Assembly (NCBI GenBank): GCA_903884535.1
Contig: CAISEZ010000018.1
Location: 9,482 to 73,481 of the forward strand
Source: an uncultured Verrucomicrobia subdivision 3 bacterium
Lineage (GTDB): Bacteria; Verrucomicrobiota; Verrucomicrobiia; Limisphaerales; UBA11358
Direction of reading: 5' to 3'
DNA length: 64,000 nucleotides
Part shown: positions 1-8,238 of the stretch, in pieces
How positions within the stretch are numbered: the first letter of the stretch is position 1
Layout of the letters: the number at the start of each line of letters is the position of its first letter
Notes under the pieces: generated by a model
Database searches by the model: none
Seen by the model: only the letters and a program-made list of their open reading frames with translations
Told to the model about the DNA's origin: nothing
Program-made: the position numbers and the translations under genes

Positions 1-1
1 T

Positions 2-607
2 TCGGTTTATGGCTGTCTTTCCTATGGCATCTTTTTGCCCGCAGCTTCTTCCTTCGGCTCACCGGGATATTCCACCCTCGTGGAAAGTTGCACCATCAAG
101 ACGGCAGGAGCAATTGGCATCCAGGCGGATACCGTCACCCACTGCACGGCCGTGGATTGTGGTAACACTGGTATTTCCGGCTCGTCGATTTCGGACAGTC
201 GCGGGGAAGCGGCCGGTATTGGCAGTGTCGGTCTTTCGGCCGTCAATGCTGAAAATTGTTACGGTGCCTGTTCGTCCACGAATCTGGGCTACGGCATATT
301 GACCATTCTGGCCAACAATTGTTCCGGTTATGCTGCCGGCGCAAGCAGCTACGCCATATTGGCGAACTCCACCGCCATTAATTGCTACGGCTACTGCACC
401 GGCACCAACGGCAATGGGATTTACGCCACCACGGCCAGCAATTGCCGGGGCTTTAGCACCAGCGGCAACGCGCTGAATATCATCGGCAGTGCCGTCGGTT
501 GTTATGGCCAGAGCACTTTTGGCACCGGCGTCAAAGCCACCGTGGCCAATGCGTGCGTGGTCGGCGGCGGCACCACCAACATCACCTACAAATACAACAT
601 GCCGTAG
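2..607 (+). CDS. NC(Y)G-repeat secreted beta-helix-like protein, paralog P0 (5' end outside window)
   Basis: The frame is open to the window start. It encodes G/S/T/A/N-rich 18-19 aa repeats, each with xNC(Y/S/R)G. The C-terminus TNITYKYNMP is the same type as paralog 5952..7049. Confidence 0.7.
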   Translation, partial: SVYGCLSYGIFLPAASSFGSPGYSTLVESCTIKTAGAIGIQADTVTHCTAVDCGNTGISGSSISDSRGEAAGIGSVGLSAVNAENCYGACSSTNLGYGILTILANNCSGYAAGASSYAILANSTAINCYGYCTGTNGNGIYATTASNCRGFSTSGNALNIIGSAVGCYGQSTFGTGVKATVANACVVGGGTTNITYKYNMP

Positions 608-649
608 TAGCCGTCCTCGACTCACGAATCATAAATAAACAAAGCCATT

Positions 650-1855
650 ATGAAAAACCAACTCGCCACCCTGTTGATGCTCGCAACCCTAAACTGCCAA
701 CTCTTGCTTGTCCGAGCGCAAGGCGTGCTCACGCCGCCGGGCGCACCGGCACCGATGATGAAATCGCTCGACCAGATTGAGGCGCGCACGGCCATCACCA
801 ATACGAGCAGTCTGGTGACCATTTCGCAGCCAGGTTCATATTACCTGACGCACAACCTCACCGTCAGCAGCGGCGATGCGATTGACATCACCACCAACGA
901 CGTAACGCTGGACTTGAACGGATTTACCATTTTCTCAACCGCCGCCAGCGCCGCCGGCACCGCCATCAATCTCAACAACCCGGCCACCAACTCCGACATC
1001 ACAATTTTCAACGGGCACATCAAGAGCGGCGTGACCACCAATGTTGACGGAGTTTATACCGGTTCCGGTTTTGCCAACGGCATCAGCTATGCGGGCGGCG
1101 CACCGGCCAACGTGCGGGTGAGCGGCATTTCCGTGATGGGGGTTTTGACTCATGGCATTAACCTTTGGCTTGGCGCTTCAACGTCGGCCGAAGCCTGCAC
1201 CGTGTGGACGGCGGGCGGATATGGGGTGGTCGCCACCACCATCAGGGCGTGCCTTGCGATCGCTTGTGGAAACACCGCTATCTGGGGCTATCAGGTGACC
1301 GACAGTCAGGGTCAAAGCGCCAGCGGTTTTGCTGGTGTTAGCGCAGAGGAGGCAAAGAATTGTTATGGTTCGAACGGCACCAGCTTTGGCATCAATTCTT
1401 TCATCGCTCAGAACTGTTACGGCACCAGCGTCAACGGCCAGGGTATAAATGCCGTCACCGCGTTGAACTCTTATGGTTCCGGCGGCAGCCCTGGTGGACT
1501 TTATTGCACCACCGCACAAAATTGCCAAGGCCTAAGCGGCAGCGGCATAGGTCTCAGCGCCACCACGGCGCAGAACTGCTATGGTTCCAGCTACAGCAGT
1601 TATGGCCTTAACGCCAACACGGCGCAGAACTGCTATGGCACCAGCACCACCAGTATTGGTCTCTATGCGAATATGGCGCAAAACTGTTACGGTAGCGGTG
1701 GAACCTATGGCATTAATGCCCCCTTTGTAGCCACAAGCTGCTATGGCTACGGCACCACCAATGCCGGCGTATTGGCGTTTATTGCCAATAGCTGCCATGG
1801 CGGCACCTCCACCGGCACGGCTTTGAACACGACGCATAACGTGAACTCCTACTGA
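650..1855 (+). CDS. NC(Y)G-repeat secreted beta-helix-like protein, paralog P1
   Basis: 401 aa with an ATGAAAAAC start and a signal peptide ending VRA-QG. It has the conserved LTPPGAPAPMMKSLDQIE module, a GSYYLT..NVTLDLNGFTI core, 9 NC(Y)G-type units and the C-terminus HNVNSY. Confidence 0.8.
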   Translation: MKNQLATLLMLATLNCQLLLVRAQGVLTPPGAPAPMMKSLDQIEARTAITNTSSLVTISQPGSYYLTHNLTVSSGDAIDITTNDVTLDLNGFTIFSTAASAAGTAINLNNPATNSDITIFNGHIKSGVTTNVDGVYTGSGFANGISYAGGAPANVRVSGISVMGVLTHGINLWLGASTSAEACTVWTAGGYGVVATTIRACLAIACGNTAIWGYQVTDSQGQSASGFAGVSAEEAKNCYGSNGTSFGINSFIAQNCYGTSVNGQGINAVTALNSYGSGGSPGGLYCTTAQNCQGLSGSGIGLSATTAQNCYGSSYSSYGLNANTAQNCYGTSTTSIGLYANMAQNCYGSGGTYGINAPFVATSCYGYGTTNAGVLAFIANSCHGGTSTGTALNTTHNVNSY

Positions 1856-1900
1856 TGAATTTTTGATTAACAATTTTCGATTTACGGAATCAAACCACCC

Positions 1901-2686
1901 ATGAAAAACAAAACCCTCATCACGGCTGTCTCTACATTCTTCCTTCTACATTCGGCCTTTGCCTTTGAGGGCCGCATTCAAGTCACGCTCACGCGCGGAG
2001 GCCAGCCGGCCAACCTGCTTTACACGGCGGGCACCAATTATTTGCGGGTGGAAAATACCGTCACCAACTGGCCGAACCCGGTGGATTTGCTGGATCGCAG
2101 TTCCGGCGCACTGACTCTACTTTTCCCCAACAACCGCAGCTTCGTGCATTTGCCGCCTGCCGCTCTGACACCCGCACCTGGCGCAATGCCCATGCCGATG
2201 CCACCACCCGCCTTGCCTGCGGGCACCTCGGTCACGCCGCCACCCGGCGCACCGGCGATGCCACAGATGCCCCAAATGCCGCAGATGCCCGCCGCCGGTG
2301 GAATGCCGATGATGCCAATGGAGCAACCGGAACTTAAAGCCACCGGTGAAACCACCAATCTTCTCGGTTATGCTTGCACCGGTTACGAAATCAAGCAGCG
2401 CGGCGAGACAATGGAAGTCTGGGCTACGGATCAGTTGTTACCTTTCCAGCCCTATGTGCAAAACCAGCCGCATCGTTTCGGCCCGCAGATGATCGAGGAA
2501 CAATGGGCGGAACTGGTCAAGGCCAAGAAGCTGTTCCCGTTGCTGGCCACCTTGAAGTTCGACAATGGAATGGAACATTTCCGGTTCGAGGTCAAGGCCG
2601 TCACGCCGCAGACATTCACGGAAAAAGATGCCGCACTGTTTCAACCGCCGCCGGAGTATCTGGAAATCCAGCCGCTGCCGTTTTAA
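1901..2686 (+). CDS. secreted DUF4412-like protein with a Pro/Met-rich linker
   Basis: 261 aa with a signal peptide (FFLLHSAFA-FEG). The pattern FEGRI..T.....N...Y..GTNYLRVE and ELKATGETTNLLGYACTGYEI...EVWAT resembles DUF4412 from memory. There is a PMPMPPP..MPQMPQMPQMP low-complexity segment. Confidence 0.6.
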   Translation: MKNKTLITAVSTFFLLHSAFAFEGRIQVTLTRGGQPANLLYTAGTNYLRVENTVTNWPNPVDLLDRSSGALTLLFPNNRSFVHLPPAALTPAPGAMPMPMPPPALPAGTSVTPPPGAPAMPQMPQMPQMPAAGGMPMMPMEQPELKATGETTNLLGYACTGYEIKQRGETMEVWATDQLLPFQPYVQNQPHRFGPQMIEEQWAELVKAKKLFPLLATLKFDNGMEHFRFEVKAVTPQTFTEKDAALFQPPPEYLEIQPLPF

Positions 2687-2726
2687 CCAATGAAGAATTA
2701 CGAATCAGAATGAAGAAAATAAAACC

Positions 2727-3769
2727 ATGAAAACCAACCACGCCAAACTCATACTCGTCACCGCTGTCACAATTTCCGCTTTCCGCTTTCCGCCTTTTCG
2801 CAAGGCGTCCTCACGCCGCCGGGCGTGCCGGCACCGATGATGAAGTCGCTCTCGCAAATCGAGCCGCGCACACCGATCAACACGTTGCCGGGCGACGGAG
2901 GCTATGATCTTTACTACATCTCGCAATCCGGCTCGTATTATCTGACCACCAACATTGTGGTCGCCAGCGGCACCAATGGGATTGGAGTCGGGGCCAGCGA
3001 CGTGGTGATAGACCTCAACGGGTTCACCCTCTCCGGCACGGCGAGCAGAATTGCGATCCGGTCCACCGCGAATCTGGGCCGGGTGCGGATCTGCAACGGC
3101 CAGCTCACCGGCTGGTCGGGCGGGCTGGATTTTTACGTCAATGGAACCGGGACTAACCTCACCCTCGAAAACGTGCAAATGACGCTGACCAACGGCGGCG
3201 CAGGATTGTTCGCCGGGGTCGGATGCGGCGACGGATTGAGTCTCGCACATTGCACCATTTCCGGCGCAAGCGGGCCGTCCAGCTATGCCGTTTTGGCGGG
3301 CGACCGCTGCACATTCGAAGCCTGCACCCTGTTCGGCTGTAATTATGGAATTGACGCCGGTTCCACTATCACGGTCAAGGACTGCACCATCAAAAACTGT
3401 TCCGGTGGGGAAGGTATTTTTGTGAGCAACACTAGCATCCTCCTCAACAACCTTCTGGACGGATGCAAAATGGGCATGACCTTCCACAACGCCTGCATGG
3501 TTAGTCAAAACACCTGCCAGAATGCCACCGGCAACGGATTTAATATTAGCGGCAACTACAACCGCGTGGAGGATAACGTGTCTATTGGAAATGCCTTTTT
3601 CGGTTTCATTTCCCAAGGGGTGACCACGAACAATCTGGTGATTCGGAACCTGGCACGCGGAAACAGTTCGGGGAATTATGCCCTGAACAGCACCGATGCC
3701 GTCGGCCCCATTATTACCACATCCGGCACCATCACCAATTTGAATCCTTGGGCGAATTTTTCCTATTAA
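2727..3769 (+). pseudogene. paralog P2 (beta-helix C-terminal variant), frameshifted inside the signal-peptide heptamer tract
   Basis: ATG 2727 opens MKTNHAKLILVTAVTISAFRFP, homologous to the P5 leader, but stops at 2838..2840. The mature part (SQGVLTPPGVPAPMMKSLSQIEPRTPI.., to 3769) is in the +2 frame. The offset equals one missing 7-nt unit. Confidence 0.65.
2773..2793 (+). repeat. (TTTCCGC)x3 heptanucleotide tandem repeat
   Basis: Read directly. Three perfect units are followed by CTTTTCG CAAGGC. Confidence 0.9.
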
Positions 3770-3785
3770 CCCAACCCGCAACAGC

Positions 3786-4921
3786 ATGAAAACTAAAACT
3801 CTATTCTACTCCGTCATCGTTTCTGCCTTCTGCCTTCTGCCTTCTACCTTCGGGCAAGGAGTCTTGACGCCGCCGGGCGCGCCGGCGGCGGGGATGAAAT
3901 CACTCGCGCAGATTGAGCCGCGCACGCCGATCTCCGCCGCGCCGTTCACCATCTCGGCGGGCGGCTCGTATTATCTGACGACCAATCTCACCGTCAGTGC
4001 CGGCGATGCCATCACCATTGCCGCCGACAACGTGACGCTGGATTTGAACGGCTTCACCATCCGTTCCACCGCCGCCAGCGCGACGGGCCCGGCATTTTGC
4101 TCAATGGCGGTTTGAGGAACCTCACCCTCGCCAACGGCTTCATCCAAGGTGGCGTGACGAACAACGGCAGCGGCGTTTACAGCGGCGGCGGCTTTGCCAA
4201 CGGCATTTATTTTTCCGGCAATGCGCCGTTGAATGTGCTGGCGTCCCGCCTCTCGATTTCCGGCTGCTCGGTTTACGGCATCTATCTCCTTAATGGCAAT
4301 TCGACCGTGGTGGAAGCCTGCGCGGTGCGGACGGTGGGCGGTTATGGCATCGTTGCTTCCACCATCAAAAGTTGCGCGGCGATGGATTGCGGGAACACTG
4401 CCATCTATGGCGATGAGGTTTCGGATAGTCGCGGGCAATGTTCCGGCAGCAGCTCCGGCCTTTACGCCATCACCGCGCAGAACTGTAACGGCTACAGCGG
4501 CAGCGGCTCCGGCCTTGTCGCCACCACCGCGCAGAACTGTTACGGCCAAAGCACCAGCGGCGACGGCTTGGACACCACCACTGCGCAGAACTGTTATGGC
4601 CAAAGCACCAGCAGCTACGGCCTCTCCATCGGTGGCAACGCGCTGAACTGTTACGGCGTCAGCACCAGCGGCTACGGCCTTTATGCCATCGCCGCACAGA
4701 ACTGTTCCGGCTACAGCAGCGGCAATGGCGATGGCATTTACACCACCACCGCGCAGAACTGTTACGGTTACAGCGGCGGAACTGGCATCGGCCTGTTTGC
4801 TTCCAAGACCGCCAGTGGCTGCTATGGCTACTGTCTTTCCGGCACGGGGCTGTCGGCGTTCATCGCTAATTCCTGCTCCGGCACTTCCTTGAACGTGACG
4901 CATAATCTCAACTCCTACTGA
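3786..4921 (+). pseudogene. paralog P3, split by a 1-nt frameshift near 4092-4096
   Basis: ORFs 3786..4115 and 4097..4921 together reconstitute a full paralog (..STAASATGPA / (I)LLNGGLRNLTLANGFIQGGVTNN..). Sister P5 has GCC ATT TTA where P3 reads GCATTTTG. Confidence 0.7.
3821..3848 (+). repeat. (TTCTGCC)x3 + TTCTACC heptanucleotide tandem repeat
   Basis: Read directly. It encodes FCLLPSA.. of the P3 signal peptide. Confidence 0.9.
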
Positions 4922-4952
4922 TGAATTTATGATTCACCGAATCCAACCACCT

Positions 4953-5894
4953 ATGAAAACCAAAACCTTCCTCACCGCGTTTGTTTCATCCTTCATCCTT
5001 CAGCAATCCGCCTTCGGGCAAGGGGCTTTGACGCCGCCCGGCGCGCCCGTGGCGACAATGAAATCGCTCGACCAAATTTATGCGAAACTGGACGCGCGCA
5101 TTCCCATCACCAACAGTGCCAGCTTGGTGACGATTTCCCAGCCCGGCTCGTATTATTTGACGACCAATGTCACCGTCAGTTCCGGCAATGCCATCACCAT
5201 TGCCGCCGGCAACGTGACGCTGGACTTGAACGGCTTCACCATTGCTTCTACCGCCGCCAGCGCGGCGGGCTATGCCATCTTGATGGGCAGCGTGACGAAT
5301 GTTTCCATTTACAATGGGAACATCAGCAGCGGCGTGACGAACAGCGCCGCCGGCGTGTTTGGCGGCGGCGGCTTCGGCTACGGCATTTATAATTCTGGAT
5401 TTTCCTACAATGTGCGGGTGAAGTCGGTGTCCGTCGCGGGCGCGTTAACTTATGGAATTTATCTCGGCCAGGGCAACTCCACGGTGGTGGAAGCCTGCTC
5501 GGTCAATGTGGCGTCCACTTATGGAATTTATGCCGACAGTGTGTCCGATTCGACGGCGGTGAATTGTGGAAACTGTGGCGTCTTTGCCCACGCGGCGCAC
5601 AATTGCACAGGCTACGGCGTGGGCAGCGGCACCGGGCTGTATGCTAACACCGCCAACAACTGTTTCGGCTACAGTGCCGGGAGCGGTGCCGGGCTGAATG
5701 CGAGCATCGCCAACAACTGTTACGGCTACAGTTCCGGGAACGGCTACGGGCTGTATGCCGGCTCAGTGGCGACGGGCTGTTACGGTTACAGTCTCAACGG
5801 CACGGGGCTGTCTGCCTTCCTTGCCAGTGTCTGCCACGGAGAATCCATCTCCGGCACGGCCCTCATCACGTCGCACAACGTGAACTCGTTCTGA
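4953..5894 (+). CDS. NC(Y)G-repeat secreted protein, paralog P4
   Basis: The ATG at 4953 (MKTKTFLTAF..) is chosen by homology to the other leaders; the ORF opens at 4929. It has the conserved LTPPGAPVATMKSLDQI module, 5 NC-type units and the C-terminus HNVNSF. Confidence 0.8.
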   Translation: MKTKTFLTAFVSSFILQQSAFGQGALTPPGAPVATMKSLDQIYAKLDARIPITNSASLVTISQPGSYYLTTNVTVSSGNAITIAAGNVTLDLNGFTIASTAASAAGYAILMGSVTNVSIYNGNISSGVTNSAAGVFGGGGFGYGIYNSGFSYNVRVKSVSVAGALTYGIYLGQGNSTVVEACSVNVASTYGIYADSVSDSTAVNCGNCGVFAHAAHNCTGYGVGSGTGLYANTANNCFGYSAGSGAGLNASIANNCYGYSSGNGYGLYAGSVATGCYGYSLNGTGLSAFLASVCHGESISGTALITSHNVNSF

Positions 5895-5951
5895 ACCATT
5901 TAGGATTTACGATTGCCGATTTACGATTTGAAAATTAAACCAAGGAAAATT

Positions 5952-7049
5952 ATGAAAACCAACCTTACAAAGCTCACCCTTGTCGTCGCCATGGCGCTTT
6001 CCGCTTTCCGCTTTCCGCTTTCCGCTTTTGCCCAAGGCACGCTCACGCCGCCGGGCGCGCCGGCGGCGGGGATGAAATCGCTGGCGCAAATCGAGCCGCG
6101 CACGCCGATCTCCGCCGCGCCCTTCACCATTACTGTGCCGGGGTCGTATTACCTGACCACGAATCTCACCACCACGGTGAGCAATGCCATAGTGATACTC
6201 ACGAATGGGGTGACGCTGGATTTGAGCGGATTCACGCTGACCTCGACCGTGGCCAACGCGGCCAATGGCGGCACGGCCATTTTATTGGGCAGCGGTCTGA
6301 GTGACATCACGATAGGCAACGGCCACATCCGCAGCGGCGTGACGAACAACGGCGGCGGCGTTTACAGCGGCGGCGGGTTTGCCTACGGAATTAGTTGGAG
6401 TGGCAATCCGCCGCAGAATGTGCTGGCATCCCGCGTCTCGGTGGTTGGCTGCCTGAATCATGGCATTGCTTTGAACAATGGCAATTCAACGGGGGTGGAA
6501 GCCTGCATGGTGCGGACGGTGGGGAGCATTGGCATCATGGCTTCCACCATCAAAAGCAGCTCGGCGGCGGATTGCGGAGGCTCGGCCATCTATGGCGATG
6601 AGGATTCCGATTGTATCGGGCAAAGTTCCGGCGGCGGCTACGGCATTTACGCCTTCACCAGCGCGCAGAGCTGTTACGGCACCAGCGGCAGCAGCTACGG
6701 CCTTTATGCCATGACGGCAGAGAACTGTTACGGCATCAGTAGCACCGGCACCGGTATCCAAGCCCGCTCCGCGGCGAATTGTTACGGCTCCACCGTCAGC
6801 GACTACGGCATTTCCACCTACATCGCGCTAAACTGTTGTGGCAACAGCACCGGCACCGGTCTATACGCCCTTCTATCAGCCAGCGGCTGTTATGGTCAAA
6901 GTGCTCTAGGCACGGGGTTGTATGCCTTAAATGCCAGCTTTTGCACGGGCAACGTCTCTGGCGGCACGGCCATCCGAGCCACCATGGCTACCGGCTGTAG
7001 CGCCTTTATCGGCACCAACATCATCACCTACAAATACAACATGCCGTGA
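5952..7049 (+). CDS. NC(Y)G-repeat secreted protein, paralog P5
   Basis: The ATG at 5952 (MKTNLTKLTLVVAMALSAFRFPLSAFA-QG) is preceded by AAGGA. It has the conserved module, about 7 Cys-containing units and the C-terminus IITYKYNMP. Confidence 0.8.
   Translation: MKTNLTKLTLVVAMALSAFRFPLSAFAQGTLTPPGAPAAGMKSLAQIEPRTPISAAPFTITVPGSYYLTTNLTTTVSNAIVILTNGVTLDLSGFTLTSTVANAANGGTAILLGSGLSDITIGNGHIRSGVTNNGGGVYSGGGFAYGISWSGNPPQNVLASRVSVVGCLNHGIALNNGNSTGVEACMVRTVGSIGIMASTIKSSSAADCGGSAIYGDEDSDCIGQSSGGGYGIYAFTSAQSCYGTSGSSYGLYAMTAENCYGISSTGTGIQARSAANCYGSTVSDYGISTYIALNCCGNSTGTGLYALLSASGCYGQSALGTGLYALNASFCTGNVSGGTAIRATMATGCSAFIGTNIITYKYNMP
5998..6025 (+). repeat. (TTTCCGC)x4 heptanucleotide tandem repeat
   Basis: Read directly. 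It encodes LSAFRFPLSA of the P5 signal peptide. Confidence 0.9.
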
Positions 7050-7081
7050 ATCAACAAATGCAGAATGAAGAAACCAAAACT

Positions 7082-8170
7082 ATGAAAACTCAACTTAATC
7101 TCGCCGTCCTTGCGCTGCTGCTGGCAACCGGCAACCGGCAACTTTCAACCTTGCACGCGCAGGGCGTGCTCACGCCGCCCGGCGCGCCGGCTGCGGGGAT
7201 GAAAACGCTGGCGCAAATCGAACCACGCACACCTATCTCCGCCGCGCCGTTCACCATTTCGACGGCTGGCTCGTATTATTTGACGACCAACCTCACCGTA
7301 AGTGTGGGCAATGCCATCACCGTCAGCGCGAACAACGTGACGCTGGACTTGAATGGCTTCACCCTGGCCTCGACGGAAACGCCGGCGGGAAGCAGCATTG
7401 GCATTTCCTTGAACTCGGTGACGAACACCACCATCGCGCATGGCTGCATCAGCAGCGGCGTGACCAATAGCGGCGGTATTTATGGTGGCAGCGGCTTTGG
7501 TTCCGGCATTTATTATTTAGGCTTGGCGCCGGTCAACGTGCGCGTCTCGGGCGTTTCGGTTTCGGGCTGCCGAGTGAACGGTATGTTTCTCGGCACCAGT
7601 TCGGTGGTAGAATTCTGCACAGTCAACACCATGGGAAATTTTGGCATCGTTGCCGAAACTGTTTCGGACTCGCTGGCACAAAATTGCGGGAACACTGCGG
7701 TGTATGCCTACGGCAATGCCAATAACTGTTTTGGCTACGCTTCCGGCAGCGCCAACGGCGTGTATGCCAACGCCGCAAATAACTGCTATGGCACCAGTTC
7801 CGGCGGCAGCGGCTTGGCGGCCAGCATTGCCAACAACTGCTATGGCTACACGGCCAGCAATAATAACGGCTTGTCGGCCACCGTCGCCAACAATTGTTTT
7901 GGTCAAAGTGCCAATGGCAACGGCATTTCGGCCACGGCGGCTACCGGCTGTTATGGGCAATCGGATGCTGGCCTCTACAGTGGCGTGCTGGCCAGCACGG
8001 CCAATAACTGCGTTGGCTACAGCTACGGCGGCGGCTATGGACTCTATGCCTATTACATCGCCAATGGCTGTTATGGCTACAGTGCCAGCGGCACGGGTCT
8101 CAATGCGTTGATTGCCAGTGTCTGTCATGGCTCGACGCTCTCGACCAGTCATAGCGTCAATTCCTTTTGA
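7082..8170 (+). CDS. NC(Y)G-repeat secreted protein, paralog P6
   Basis: The ATG at 7082 opens MKTQLNLAVLALLLATGNRQLSTLHA-QG. It has the conserved module, 8 NC-type units and the C-terminus HSVNSF. Confidence 0.8.
   Translation: MKTQLNLAVLALLLATGNRQLSTLHAQGVLTPPGAPAAGMKTLAQIEPRTPISAAPFTISTAGSYYLTTNLTVSVGNAITVSANNVTLDLNGFTLASTETPAGSSIGISLNSVTNTTIAHGCISSGVTNSGGIYGGSGFGSGIYYLGLAPVNVRVSGVSVSGCRVNGMFLGTSSVVEFCTVNTMGNFGIVAETVSDSLAQNCGNTAVYAYGNANNCFGYASGSANGVYANAANNCYGTSSGGSGLAASIANNCYGYTASNNNGLSATVANNCFGQSANGNGISATAATGCYGQSDAGLYSGVLASTANNCVGYSYGGGYGLYAYYIANGCYGYSASGTGLNALIASVCHGSTLSTSHSVNSF
7123..7150 (+). repeat. GGCAACC GGCAACC GGCAACT TTCAACC heptad-periodic tract
   Basis: Read directly, inside the P6 signal-peptide coding region. 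Confidence 0.75.
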
Positions 8171-8238
8171 TGAAATCTTGATAAATTCGCCGACTAAAAA
8201 CGCCATTCTCCAATTTAGAAACCCCAGCAAACAAAACT

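Noticed and set aside
4440-4880. Regularly spaced 54-57 nt repeats with conserved 16-nt cores, which could be mistaken for a CRISPR array.
   Set aside because: The repeats are in frame within a continuous ORF and encode the NC(Y)G protein repeat. The 'spacers' are homologous to each other, and there is no leader or cas gene.
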